This document shows, piece after piece, positions 32,628-42,730 of a DNA stretch of 64,000 bases (its first letter is position 1; each line of letters starts with the position of its first letter). The position numbers and the translations under genes are program-made. The stretch spans positions 4,368 through 68,367 of the forward strand of contig CABYZT010000003.1 in the NCBI GenBank assembly GCA_902523515.1. Direction: 5' to 3'. Below the pieces are notes generated by a model, which saw nothing but the letters and a program-made list of their open reading frames with translations, was not told the origin of the DNA and searched no databases. The DNA is from an uncultured Pelagibacteraceae bacterium. GTDB taxonomy: Bacteria > Pseudomonadota > Alphaproteobacteria > Pelagibacterales > Pelagibacteraceae.

Positions 32628-33543
32628 AATTGTTGCTGTTCAAGGAAATCATCCTTCTAAACTAAATCCTTTAACGGATACAAGTGTTTTTTTAGCAAAC
32701 GAAATTCAGAACAAAAAATATAAAATTTTCTATTACGATCCAAAAGATTTATCAATTATTAATTCAAAAGTTATAGCTAAGGGTTTTTTCATAAAACTTA
32801 ATTATAGCCGAAAAAAATTCTATAAAGTCTTAAAAAAACAAAGTTTAGATTTAACAAAATGTAAATTTATTCTTATTCGCCAGGATCCACCTTTTAATCT
32901 TGAGTACATTTCAACTACATACATTTTGGATACAATTAAGACTAAAGTTAAAATAATTAATCACCCTACCTCTGTTAGGAATATTTCTGAAAAATTGTAT
33001 TCATCTAAATACCAAAAATACATGCCAGCTACTATTTTTAGTCAAAATATGGATGAAATTAAAAAATTTTTCAAAAAAAACAAAAAAGTTATTTTAAAAC
33101 CCATCCATAGTTTCAGTGGAAATGATATTCATTTGTTAACTAAATTTAACCCAAAATTGGTTAATAAATTTATAAAAAAACATGATCATATCATGTGCCA
33201 AAAATTTCTTCCTAAAATAAGTAATGGAGACAAAAGAGTTTTTATTATTAATGGAAAAGTATGTGGTGCAATTTCAAGGGTTCCAAAGAAAGGTTCAATT
33301 TTAAGTAATATGAGTAAAGGAGCAAAACCAACTAATATCAAATTAACAAGTAAAGAAATTAAAATTTCAAAAATTATTGCAAAAGATTTAAAAAAAGAAA
33401 ATATTTTTTTTGCTGGAATTGATTTTATAGATCAAAAACTCAATGGAGATATAAATGTTACATCTCCAACTGGACTTAAAACACTATATGATCTATCGGG
33501 AATAAATTTAGCTAAAACTTTTTGGAAAGAACTTAAAGCGTGA
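32617..33543 (+). CDS. gshB: Glutathione synthetase
   Basis: RQDPPFNLEY, SEKL, GDKRV, SNMSKG, GIDFI, INVTSPTG. Confidence 0.94.
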   Translation: MINKIVAVQGNHPSKLNPLTDTSVFLANEIQNKKYKIFYYDPKDLSIINSKVIAKGFFIKLNYSRKKFYKVLKKQSLDLTKCKFILIRQDPPFNLEYISTTYILDTIKTKVKIINHPTSVRNISEKLYSSKYQKYMPATIFSQNMDEIKKFFKKNKKVILKPIHSFSGNDIHLLTKFNPKLVNKFIKKHDHIMCQKFLPKISNGDKRVFIINGKVCGAISRVPKKGSILSNMSKGAKPTNIKLTSKEIKISKIIAKDLKKENIFFAGIDFIDQKLNGDINVTSPTGLKTLYDLSGINLAKTFWKELKA

Positions 33544-34415
33544 ATAATTTAAGTGATCAACAAAAAGGCTCTTTAATGGCATTTGTAGCTATTATGTTTA
33601 TAACTCCTGACTCATTACTAATTAGATTATCAAATATTGATACTTGGGGGATGCTTTTTTACAGAGGGGCAATACCGTTTTTAGTAGTTTTCGTTGGTCT
33701 TCTTTTATTTTATAAAAATAATTTCTTAAAAGCTTTATTTAAAATTGGTTATCCAGGTATTTTTTATGTAATTAGTTTTTCCATATGTAATATTACTTTT
33801 ATTATCTCAATACAAAACACCAATGTAGCAAATACTTTATTAATGGTAGCTCTTGCGCCGATGCTATCTGCAATATTGGGAGCTATTTTCCTAAAAGAAA
33901 AACCTGATAATAAGACTTGGATCGCTATAATAATTACCTTTATTGCTTGTGTTTATATTTTTTATGACTCATTAAGTCTTGGCAATTTTTATGGAGATTT
34001 ATTTGGTTTAATTACCTCTTTTGGGTTAGCCTGTAACGCAAACATTGCAAGATATGCAAAATCAACTGACTTGGTACCTGCTGCTGTAATTGGAAAATCA
34101 TGTGTCGCTATATTTGCCTTTTTCTTTGTAAAAGACTTTGCTTTAGTAGGAAATGATCTTTTTTATATACCTTTAATGTGTGTAATGTGCGTAGCTATAC
34201 CTTTTGTTTTGGTAACTATAGCACCAAGATTTATAACTGCTGCTGAAGTTAATCTGTTTTTTCTTTTAGAGACAATTCTTGGACCTTTATGGGTTTGGAT
34301 GGTGATCAAAGAACAGCCTTCTCCTGAAACGATCTATGGGGGCATTGTTATCATTATCACGATAGCAATTCATTCTTTACTAGCCATAAAAAAAACACAA
34401 ACCAAAACTACCTAG
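33540..34415 (+). CDS. DMT/EamA-family transporter
   Basis: About 10 TM helices, TPDSLLIRL, FLKE, LLETILGPLWVW; GTG start. Confidence 0.85.
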   Translation: MNNLSDQQKGSLMAFVAIMFITPDSLLIRLSNIDTWGMLFYRGAIPFLVVFVGLLLFYKNNFLKALFKIGYPGIFYVISFSICNITFIISIQNTNVANTLLMVALAPMLSAILGAIFLKEKPDNKTWIAIIITFIACVYIFYDSLSLGNFYGDLFGLITSFGLACNANIARYAKSTDLVPAAVIGKSCVAIFAFFFVKDFALVGNDLFYIPLMCVMCVAIPFVLVTIAPRFITAAEVNLFFLLETILGPLWVWMVIKEQPSPETIYGGIVIIITIAIHSLLAIKKTQTKTT

Positions 34416-34445
34416 CGAAGAATTATTAAATTTTAAAAACAAAGC

Positions 34446-35750
34446 ATGCAAAAAGAAGTAAAAAAGTCTTGGGCTCTATTTATTGGGATAGGAGTAATGA
34501 TGATTGCTCATGGATTGCAAATGCAAATTATGGGTATTCGGTCAGTACTTGAAGATTTTAGTGTTTTTACAACTGGTATCTTCATGTCTGGATATTATGT
34601 TGGCTACTTTATAGGCTCAAAAACTACTCCTAATTTTGTTTCAAAAGTTGGTCATATAAGAGTATTTGCTGCATTCGCTTCGCTTGCATCTTTAAGTGCT
34701 TTAGTAGCAGTTGTTTATGTAAATCCACTTATGTGGACAATTAGTAGATTTATAACAGGTATAAGTTTAGTTAGTTGTTATGTCGTTACTGAGAGCTGGT
34801 TAAACGATAGAGCAACTAATAAAAATAGAGGGCAACTATTATCTGTATATATGATGGTAATTTATTTTGGTTTAGCTCTAGGTATGCTTCTACTTAATAT
34901 AAGTAAACCTGAAGCTTATGAACCCTTTATTTTGGTTTCTGTTTTACTTTCTGTTGCTCTAGTTCCTATTTTATTAACAAAAAGACCCGCTCCTAAATTT
35001 AAAAAAATTGAAACAATAAGTATTCTAGAACTTTATAAAATCTCACCTCTTGGTTCTTTAAGCTCTTTCTTTACAGGAATAATTCATGCAGCTTTCTTTT
35101 CTTTAATTTCTGTTTATGCAACGATCGCAAAATTTACTTTATTTGAAACATCTATACTTTTGTTTGTTGCAACAATTGCTGGTGTTTTAGGTCAGGGTCC
35201 TATTGGTTATTTTTCAGATATTTTTGACAGAAGGAGAGTGATAGTCATAACAACATTTGGAAGTTCTCTTTTAGCATTAATTGCAATTTTAACTTCAAAT
35301 GATCCTATACAAAATATTTACTATATGGATGAATTTGCTTTTAGAAAAATAATCTTTTTTATAGCTGTTGGACTTTATACAAGTTTATGTCTACCATTAT
35401 TCTCACTTAACCTTGCACATACTAATGACTTTGTTCCAAAATCTAAATTTGTTGCTGCAGGTGGTGGACTACAATTAATTTTTGGTGTAGGAGCTATTAG
35501 TGGTCCTATTTTGTGTGCAATTTTCATGGAATGGTTTGGATTAAATGGTTTGTTTGTATTTTTAATTATAGCACACTCAATAATTGGTGTATTTGGTTTG
35601 TATAGAATGAAGGTTAGAAGTACTGTTGAAAATCCAGACTCAACATTCACACCAGTTCCAGCAACAATTACACCTGCTGGATTAGAATTAGATCCTGATG
35701 CGCCTGCAACACTAGATGAAACTCAAGTTAATGAAACTGCGAAAACTTAA
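34446..35750 (+). CDS. MFS transporter (YcaD-like)
   Basis: 12 TM helices, VGHIRVFAAF, ESWLN, RGQLLSVY, GYFSDIFDRRRVI. Confidence 0.88.
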   Translation: MQKEVKKSWALFIGIGVMMIAHGLQMQIMGIRSVLEDFSVFTTGIFMSGYYVGYFIGSKTTPNFVSKVGHIRVFAAFASLASLSALVAVVYVNPLMWTISRFITGISLVSCYVVTESWLNDRATNKNRGQLLSVYMMVIYFGLALGMLLLNISKPEAYEPFILVSVLLSVALVPILLTKRPAPKFKKIETISILELYKISPLGSLSSFFTGIIHAAFFSLISVYATIAKFTLFETSILLFVATIAGVLGQGPIGYFSDIFDRRRVIVITTFGSSLLALIAILTSNDPIQNIYYMDEFAFRKIIFFIAVGLYTSLCLPLFSLNLAHTNDFVPKSKFVAAGGGLQLIFGVGAISGPILCAIFMEWFGLNGLFVFLIIAHSIIGVFGLYRMKVRSTVENPDSTFTPVPATITPAGLELDPDAPATLDETQVNETAKT

Positions 35751-36196
35751 ATATTAGATAATTCTATTTTATCACCAATATTAATTTTTGAAGAAGTGAG
35801 AATTTGACACCTTAGTCCACCTTTCCTCATAAACTCTTTAAGTATATTTTTTTGGTCAAGCATTTCAGTTAAATGTCTGCATGGACGACATAATTCAATC
35901 GCTACTAGTTCTACATTTCCAACCTTAAGTTTTTTTCCAATTAAATCATTTAATTTAATGCCTTTTGTGACTACATTTCTTCTGAAATCTATATAAGGAA
36001 TATTAAGACCAAATTTAATATTATAGTCATCTATATTCTCAGACTCTATTAATGACAATTGATTGTAAGGATCATTAGACTCATGAAAATGACGATCTCC
36101 TACTATTCCTTTATTTGCTAAAACTTCAATTGAATGTACTTCCGAGATGGGTTGATTATTGTCAGCAGCAATTCCTAATTTAAATACTTCGGCCAT
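35747..36196 (-). CDS. MOSC-domain protein
   Basis: GIVGDRH, FRRNVVTKG, CRPC, GGLRCQIL. Confidence 0.88.
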   Translation of the reverse strand: MAEVFKLGIAADNNQPISEVHSIEVLANKGIVGDRHFHESNDPYNQLSLIESENIDDYNIKFGLNIPYIDFRRNVVTKGIKLNDLIGKKLKVGNVELVAIELCRPCRHLTEMLDQKNILKEFMRKGGLRCQILTSSKINIGDKIELSNI

Positions 36197-36243
36197 AAAT
36201 TATTGAAGAAATGATTAAGCTCATATAATCTTTTCAGAATAAT

Positions 36244-37068
36244 ATGACTTATCTATCATCAAATCAACTTAAACAGTATGAAGATCAAGGGTACATATCC
36301 CCTATTGAAGTTTTGTCTAGTAGTGAAGCATTAGAAGCAAGAAAAGAAATAGAATTAATTGAAAAAAAAATGCCCAGTGAAATAGATAATGCAGGAAGAT
36401 ATAATGTCCATCTAATTTCGCCAAAACTTGATTCGATTGTTCATAATTCAAAAATTTTAGATGCAGTAGAAAGTATTATTGGAAAAAATATCTTAGTTTG
36501 CAGTACTACTTTATTTATTAAAAACCCTAACGAGCAAGGTTTTGTAAGCTATCATCAAGATGCAAAGTACATAGGATTAGAGCCACACAATTGGGTTACA
36601 GCATGGGTAGCTTTAACAGACTCAAATGAAAATAATGGGTGTATGAAAATGTGGCCTAAATCACATTTAAATATTAAGGATCATAATGAGAAATTTAATG
36701 AAGGAAACTTACTTACTAGGGGTCAAACAGTAGAAAATGTGCCTGAAGATAAAGTTAAAACTATAGAACTTAAAGCTGGTCAAATGTCTTTGCATCATCC
36801 AAGAGTAGTACATGGATCAGGAATAAATAGAAGTAATGACAGGAGAATAGGATTTGTTATCCAAAGTTATATAAGCACAAATGTAAAACAAACTCTAGGT
36901 AAAAATAGTGTTCAGGTTGCAAGAGGTGAGGATAAATTTCATTATCATGAGGTTATACATAGGACTAACGCTTTAATGAGTGATGAAAGTATTTTACTTA
37001 GAAAAAAAGAAAATGATCACTTGCAAGAAATTTTTTATAAAGGTGCAAAACAAAAAGGTTCTTATTAA
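36244..37068 (+). CDS. PhyH-family Fe(II)/2-oxoglutarate dioxygenase
   Basis: HQD...H facial triad (YHQDAKY, VVHGSG), TAWVALTD, NGCM, RRIG. Confidence 0.88.
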   Translation: MTYLSSNQLKQYEDQGYISPIEVLSSSEALEARKEIELIEKKMPSEIDNAGRYNVHLISPKLDSIVHNSKILDAVESIIGKNILVCSTTLFIKNPNEQGFVSYHQDAKYIGLEPHNWVTAWVALTDSNENNGCMKMWPKSHLNIKDHNEKFNEGNLLTRGQTVENVPEDKVKTIELKAGQMSLHHPRVVHGSGINRSNDRRIGFVIQSYISTNVKQTLGKNSVQVARGEDKFHYHEVIHRTNALMSDESILLRKKENDHLQEIFYKGAKQKGSY

Positions 37069-38082
37069 TTGATGAAAAAAACGCTCAACCTTGGGGTAAT
37101 TGGAATAGATCATGGACATATTTTCGATATGTTAGATGAAATGATTAAAGAAGGTTGTAGTTGTAATTTTTTTTGGACAGAAGGAGATCCTTTAACTCTT
37201 CAGGAATTCAATAAAAAATACCCTAATGTTAAGAGAAAAGAAAATAAAGAGGAAATATTAAATGACTCGTCTATTGATATGATTTTAATATCTTCGATCC
37301 CTGTAGATAGAGCTGGTCATTCAATAGATGCATTAAAAGCTGGTAAAGATGTTATGGTAGATAAACCAGGCTGTACTACCCTAGATCAATTAAATAATTT
37401 GAAAAACACAGTTAAAGAAACTGGAAAAATATGGTCTGTAAATTTTTCTGAAAGATTTCATGTTGCTGCAGTTGCTAAAGCTGAAGAATTAGTAAATGAA
37501 GGTAAAATAGGAAAAGTAAAACAAACTATTGGTACAGGTCCACATAGGCAAGGAAACTATGAGAGACCAGATTGGTTTTATAATCGTCAGAGTTATGGAG
37601 GAATTATTACCGATATTGGTTCCCACCAAATTCATCAATTTTTAGTTTTTACAAATTCAAATCAAGCAAAAATCAACCATGCATTAGTAGAAAATACGAC
37701 AAAGAAAGATATGCCTGGTTTTCAAGACTTTGGTGAAGTGAACCTTACTGGTAATGGTGGGCACGGATATGTGCGCCTAGATTGGTTTACTCCAGATGCC
37801 CTTCCAACCTGGGGAGATGGAAGATTATTAATACTTGGAGACAAAGGTTTTATTGAAATAAGAAAATATACAGATTTAGCAAAATCAGAAAAAGGTAATC
37901 ATTTATTTTTAGCAAATAATCATGAAGTGAAACATATTGACTGCTCTAATGTAAAGTTACCCTACTTTAATAATTTAATAAACGATGTTTTGAACAGAAC
38001 TGAAACTGCATGTCCTCAAGAACTAACCTATCTTTCAATGGAACTTGCTATTAAAGCTCAGGAGCAGGCTGAAAAAAAATGA
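37069..38082 (+). CDS. Gfo/Idh/MocA-family oxidoreductase
   Basis: GVIGIDHGH, GKDVMVDKPG, GGIITDIGSHQI. Confidence 0.88.
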   Translation: MMKKTLNLGVIGIDHGHIFDMLDEMIKEGCSCNFFWTEGDPLTLQEFNKKYPNVKRKENKEEILNDSSIDMILISSIPVDRAGHSIDALKAGKDVMVDKPGCTTLDQLNNLKNTVKETGKIWSVNFSERFHVAAVAKAEELVNEGKIGKVKQTIGTGPHRQGNYERPDWFYNRQSYGGIITDIGSHQIHQFLVFTNSNQAKINHALVENTTKKDMPGFQDFGEVNLTGNGGHGYVRLDWFTPDALPTWGDGRLLILGDKGFIEIRKYTDLAKSEKGNHLFLANNHEVKHIDCSNVKLPYFNNLINDVLNRTETACPQELTYLSMELAIKAQEQAEKK

Positions 38083-39152
38083 AAAAATATCAAGTAGCTA
38101 TAATTGGAACTAATATAGGAGCAAAACATTTCGAGGATTTTCAAAAAATATCTCAGAGATTTAATGTTCACACCTTATGTGGTTTAACTAGAGAGTCTAT
38201 TGATAAAATATTAAAGTCAAATACAGAAACAAAAGTTTCTCTTAATTTTGAAGATGTATTAAAAGTTAAAGAAATTGATATAATTGATATTTGTCTTCCA
38301 CCTCACTTACATTTTTCTGCTTGTAAAAAAGCTATGGAGGCTGGAAAGCATGTAATTTGTGAAAAACCTTTAGTCTCTAGTCTTAAAGAAGTAGATGAAT
38401 TAGAAAAAATTAGCAAAGAAACTAGTAAAATTATTTTTCCGGTATTTCAATATCGATATGGTCTAGGATTTTCAAAGTTAAAAGCATTAATCAAATCTGG
38501 TTTGGCAGGAAAACCATTAATTGCATCTTTAGAAACTCACTGGAATAGAGGAAAAGATTACTATTCAAAACCATGGAGAGGAACCTGGAAAGGTGAACAA
38601 GGTGGAGCAATTTTAAGTCACTCTATTCATATTCATGATTTAGTTAGTATGATCCTGGGTCCTGTATCAAATGTTTTTGCAAAACTAACGACTAGAGTAA
38701 ATGATATTGAGGTTGAGGATTGTGCTGCTCTTTCAATTGAAATGGAAACTGGAGCTCTTGTTACAAGTTCTATTACATTGGGTGCTGCAAACGACACTAG
38801 TAGACTTAGATTTTGTTTTGAGGGATTAACTGCTGAGTCTGCTGCTTCTCCTGAAAAACCCTATAGCCCAGCTGATGATGAGTGGACTTTTTTACCAAGA
38901 GCACCAATAACACAAAGTCAAATTGAAGATGTATTATCTAAAGTAAAACATACTAAATCCTGGTATGCTGGTATGTTTGAGGAAATAGCAAATAAACTAA
39001 ATGGTTTGCCTAGTGAAGAGGTAACCTTAACGGACGCTAGAAATTCTTTAGAATTTGTCACCGCAGTCTATGCTTCATCAAGACAAAATAAAACAATTGA
39101 AATTCCAATAGATAAAAAAAATAAACTCTATAATTCCTGGCTCCCTAATTAA
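38079..39152 (+). CDS. Gfo/Idh/MocA-family oxidoreductase
   Basis: CLPPHLH, GKHVICEKP, WRGTW...GGAILSHSIHIHD, VED. Confidence 0.9.
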   Translation: MKKYQVAIIGTNIGAKHFEDFQKISQRFNVHTLCGLTRESIDKILKSNTETKVSLNFEDVLKVKEIDIIDICLPPHLHFSACKKAMEAGKHVICEKPLVSSLKEVDELEKISKETSKIIFPVFQYRYGLGFSKLKALIKSGLAGKPLIASLETHWNRGKDYYSKPWRGTWKGEQGGAILSHSIHIHDLVSMILGPVSNVFAKLTTRVNDIEVEDCAALSIEMETGALVTSSITLGAANDTSRLRFCFEGLTAESAASPEKPYSPADDEWTFLPRAPITQSQIEDVLSKVKHTKSWYAGMFEEIANKLNGLPSEEVTLTDARNSLEFVTAVYASSRQNKTIEIPIDKKNKLYNSWLPN

Positions 39153-39157
39153 ATTAA

Positions 39158-39895
39158 TTAATTTTTGAATGTTTTAAATATGCTTACAGATATAAAATAA
39201 ATATTTGAAACAACCCATAAAAACATTAAGAAAACCTCATATACTGGGTTTATGTTTAAATCCTTTATTAAAATTAACAAAATTGAAGTAATGAACCAAA
39301 ATATTGCAAAAATAATTGATAAACTTTTAAATTTTTTAACTCTTAAAGGATGAATGCATTTTAAAGGAGAAAATTTTAATAATATTAATAAAATTAAAAA
39401 TACTAAGTTAAAATTTTGGCTGGTGCCGAAAATATAAAAGTAAAGTACGATTACATTCCAAATAGCTGGAAAACCATTATAGTAATTATCATTTGTTAAA
39501 ATATTCAAATTCACATAAGAATAAATAGAAATAAAAATCAAAATTACAGGAATTAATAAAATAAACTGGTCTGGTACATACCTAAACCAATAAATCATTA
39601 CTGATGGTATTATAACATAGTTAAAAAAATCAATTATACTATCCAGCATTTTACCATCAATATGTGGTAAATTTTTTTTCACATTAAATTTTCTAGCTAA
39701 AGTTCCATCAACACTGTCTATTAAAAATGCAAACCCAAGCCAAAGAAAAGCCGCTTTTTGGTTATTATTCATAACAGCAATTAAAGCAAAAAAACCAGCA
39801 ACAATTCCTAATCCAGTCAATAAGTGAACAAGAATACCAAGAAATCTATCTTGTTTAAAAAGTTCATAGGTTTTAATATTTTTTTCTTTACTCAT
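39158..39895 (-). CDS. pcs: Phosphatidylcholine synthase
   Basis: Exact Pcs-type motif DGx2ARx8Px3Gx3Dx3D (DGTLARKFNVKKNLPHIDGKMLDSIID); VHLLTGLG, GFPAIWN, IHPLRV. Confidence 0.85.
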   Translation of the reverse strand: MSKEKNIKTYELFKQDRFLGILVHLLTGLGIVAGFFALIAVMNNNQKAAFLWLGFAFLIDSVDGTLARKFNVKKNLPHIDGKMLDSIIDFFNYVIIPSVMIYWFRYVPDQFILLIPVILIFISIYSYVNLNILTNDNYYNGFPAIWNVIVLYFYIFGTSQNFNLVFLILLILLKFSPLKCIHPLRVKKFKSLSIIFAIFWFITSILLILIKDLNINPVYEVFLMFLWVVSNIYFISVSIFKTFKN

Positions 39896-39908
39896 TTTTT
39901 TTCTAAAT

Positions 39909-40601
39909 TTATCTTGCCAATTTTATAAAAATATCTCCCATCCCACTTTGTAATTGTTCATCAGGCGTATTGTTTCTAAATTCACAAAATAAACCAGTCA
40001 CTTGATGATTATCTATTTTGACAATTTCGGATTTATCACAAGATTTAGCTTGATGGAATAGTCCAATTACTAGCCTATTATTTAGTTCTACAACTTGATC
40101 TTTTGATAAATTTTCACCATCACAAAAATAATCTCTATTTACTTGATTAGGAAAATTTTTTTTACCACACGGGTTTTTAATGGTTAAAACATAAAACTCT
40201 TTTTCTACATCTTTAAATTTATGTTTCATTTTATCAACTTTTGAATATTTCATTACATCACAAGAACATGGAATACAGCATCTGTAATAATCCCCACAAA
40301 TTTTTTTATTTGTACCAACTTCTTTTAAATATACTTTTTCAGGATCAGCATTAGGATCTATTAAAGAACCAGATACAGCACAATAAAGTTTATTAAACTC
40401 TACAAACTCTTGATAAGTAATGTCTTTATTTAATATATGTTTAAAAAATTTTGGACCAGCAGCGTTTCTATTTCTATCTGGAAATATCTTACTCCACTCA
40501 TTTACTAATTCTTGATAATAATTTCTTTCTTGTGCTTCTAAACTTGGGTTATGAGAAAAAACTAAAAATACGGTAAATATTATAAAAAAAAATTTTTTCA
40601 T
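39909..40601 (-). CDS. Secreted Cys-rich hypothetical protein
   Basis: Signal peptide; NRNAAG, YCAVSGS, CGDYYRCCIPCSCD. Confidence 0.75.
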   Translation of the reverse strand: MKKFFFIIFTVFLVFSHNPSLEAQERNYYQELVNEWSKIFPDRNRNAAGPKFFKHILNKDITYQEFVEFNKLYCAVSGSLIDPNADPEKVYLKEVGTNKKICGDYYRCCIPCSCDVMKYSKVDKMKHKFKDVEKEFYVLTIKNPCGKKNFPNQVNRDYFCDGENLSKDQVVELNNRLVIGLFHQAKSCDKSEIVKIDNHQVTGLFCEFRNNTPDEQLQSGMGDIFIKLAR

Positions 40602-40608
40602 AAAAACA

Positions 40609-42036
40609 TTAATTATTTTGTTTAATTTCCAATGTTTTATTTAATTCATTAATTTCAAAAGTGTTTTCTTCTCCATTTGTCCAAGTAACAATAATCTTAA
40701 TATTTCTCTCATTTTTTCGAATTCCGTAATGTGCCACTGGCTCCATTTGACACAAGTATCCTGAGCCTGAATCTATTGTTTTAGAATGAGTTCTTAAATT
40801 TGAAACAAGAGTTACAGTAGCACCTCTTGCTGGAGCACCGTGCATATTAATTGGTTTAATCCTTAAGAAATTATTTTTTTTTGAATTTGCCTTATATAAA
40901 GTTAAAGGCTGATAACCAGATTCTCCATGAGATATTAAAAGCTCAAGTATTCCATCACCGTCTATGTCAGCTACTGCAGCTCCTGTTCCTAATCCATTAG
41001 TTTCTAAAGCATTTGCAATATTTATTTCTTTGAACTCGCCATTATCTAAAATTTTAAATAATTTATTTGGCTCGCCAATATTATTCATGAATACTTCATC
41101 ATAACCATCATTATCAAAATCAGCAGAGATTACTGTTCTAATTCTCGATGGGGCGCTAAATTGTTTGTCAGCTATATCTACAAACTTATTATTTTTTAAA
41201 ACAAATGCTCGATGAGGCCCTTCCCAATTTGAAGTTAATATATCTAACCTACCTCTATAATAAATATCACTTAGCGCAGTTCCACGGCCGTTTTGAAAGG
41301 TATCATCAACAGCATAATCTTTCGCAAGTTCAACAAAATTTCCATTATTATTGTAATATAAAAAATTCTCCCCTCTTTCATTTGCAGCAAAAATATCAGA
41401 TCTTCCAGATAAAATATTACCTGAAATAACCGCTCTACCTCCAGTAATTTTATCAATACCTAGCTCTGAAGCTTTGTCTATTATTTCATTTCCATCTTTT
41501 TCATAAAATCTTGTAGGCCCTCCATAATTTGCAACATATATTCCATAAGCTCCATTTCCATTTCTATCTACACATACAACTGATCTACCTGCTGTAAGAT
41601 TTAAATTTTCCTGGTTTATTTCTAATTCAAATAAATCAAAAAATTTATTTCCATCAAAATCTAATAATCTGTCTGAATATCTTTTGTTTCCACTATATGT
41701 GTCTGTATTTAAAAAATATATTTCCTCATAACCATCCTGATCAATATCACACGATGCTACTCCTATAGTTTTACGATTTTTGTCTATAAATATACTTTGG
41801 TTAATTGAATTGAACAAAATACCCTTTTTGTGAGCTAAGGCTAAATTATTAAATCCAAATCCAGTTACAATAAATTCAAAATTTCCATCGTTGTTTACAT
41901 CTGAAACGGACACTCCATAACTTAATCTAGGTTGATTTTCTAATATTTGATAAGTTATATCTTCAAAGAAATCGTCTGACTTGGAATAATTAACAATATT
42001 TAAAAATATAAATAAAAATATAAATAATTTTTTCAT
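40609..42036 (-). CDS. CRTAC1-like secreted protein (FG-GAP repeats + ASPIC/UnbV domain)
   Basis: Signal peptide; repeated DxDxDG loops (DVNNDG, DIDQDG, DFDNDG, DIDGDG); DSGSGYLCQMEPVAHYG. Confidence 0.88.
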   Translation of the reverse strand: MKKLFIFLFIFLNIVNYSKSDDFFEDITYQILENQPRLSYGVSVSDVNNDGNFEFIVTGFGFNNLALAHKKGILFNSINQSIFIDKNRKTIGVASCDIDQDGYEEIYFLNTDTYSGNKRYSDRLLDFDGNKFFDLFELEINQENLNLTAGRSVVCVDRNGNGAYGIYVANYGGPTRFYEKDGNEIIDKASELGIDKITGGRAVISGNILSGRSDIFAANERGENFLYYNNNGNFVELAKDYAVDDTFQNGRGTALSDIYYRGRLDILTSNWEGPHRAFVLKNNKFVDIADKQFSAPSRIRTVISADFDNDGYDEVFMNNIGEPNKLFKILDNGEFKEINIANALETNGLGTGAAVADIDGDGILELLISHGESGYQPLTLYKANSKKNNFLRIKPINMHGAPARGATVTLVSNLRTHSKTIDSGSGYLCQMEPVAHYGIRKNERNIKIIVTWTNGEENTFEINELNKTLEIKQNN

Positions 42037-42136
42037 TTAATTTTCACTAGACTAAAAATTTAAAATTAAAACTGTTAATATTGGCATAGTTAATTTAGTG
42101 TAATTTCAATAGTAAATTTTAAAAATTTTATTAAAT

Positions 42137-42604
42137 ATGAATGATGTTAACAAAGCACCAAATGATTTTTTCAATAATTGGAATAAAATTAATTCTATGT
42201 CATATAGAAATGTTGTTGAACTACATGTTAAGAGAAGTAGCGAAAAAAAAATATTAGCTTTAATTCAATTTGAATTAGATCAGTTTTCAGAAAATGTTCA
42301 AAAGGATTTGGTTATTTCTGAAACGAGTTCTTTCTATCAAGAAATATCTAATCTTTTCAGAGACTCAAACTGGTGGTCAACCGCTACAGTAACAGATGCT
42401 TGTAAATATTATTTAAAATGTGCAAGAGATAATATTTCTCATTTTGAAGACTATGTAGAGGCAGATAGTGATTTATCCCAAAATGAAAAAAATGAGATAT
42501 TTGCCTTGTATCAATTGTGTACTTTATTTGTTTCTTGGAATGCTATTAAAGAAAAAAAGATCAGAGAAATTATAGATATTAGAAAAAGTTTATTTTTTAG
42601 ATAA
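42137..42604 (+). CDS. Hypothetical protein
   Basis: 155-codon ATG ORF in AT-rich DNA with no competing ORF; no motif recognised. Confidence 0.6.
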   Translation: MNDVNKAPNDFFNNWNKINSMSYRNVVELHVKRSSEKKILALIQFELDQFSENVQKDLVISETSSFYQEISNLFRDSNWWSTATVTDACKYYLKCARDNISHFEDYVEADSDLSQNEKNEIFALYQLCTLFVSWNAIKEKKIREIIDIRKSLFFR

Positions 42605-42615
42605 AAATCATCAAT

Positions 42616-42684
42616 ATGAATAAAGAAAATGCAAGTAAACTTTGGAAAATTATTCAAGAGGCTGGTGATTATTTGGGGTGCTAG
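42616..42684 (+). pseudogene. Truncated 5' copy (MNKENASKLWKIIQEAGDYL-GC*) of the ORF at 44458; left junction (attL-like) of the islet
   Basis: First 20 codons encode the same residues as 44458-44517; similarity stops after GATTATTTGG (42667-42676); TAG follows two codons later. Confidence 0.9.
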
Positions 42685-42690
42685 TGGTAC

Positions 42691-42730
42691 ACCCTACCTC
42701 ACACTACCTCACACTACTTCGCACTAGTTA
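42691..42730. repeat. Four tandem degenerate decamers
   Basis: ACCCTACCTC ACACTACCTC ACACTACTTC GCACTAGTTA. Confidence 0.9.

Noticed and set aside
36244-37068. Fe/2OG halogenase (SyrB2/BarB-like)
   Set aside because: The HxD carboxylate is retained (HQD); halogenases have Ala or Gly there.
42137-42604. This ORF as the islet's recombinase
   Set aside because: It lies outside the duplicated ends, is only 155 aa, and shows no tyrosine (R-H-R-Y) or serine recombinase motifs.
42691-42730. Tandem repeats as a CRISPR array
   Set aside because: Units are 10 bp and contiguous with no spacers, and there are no cas genes in the window.
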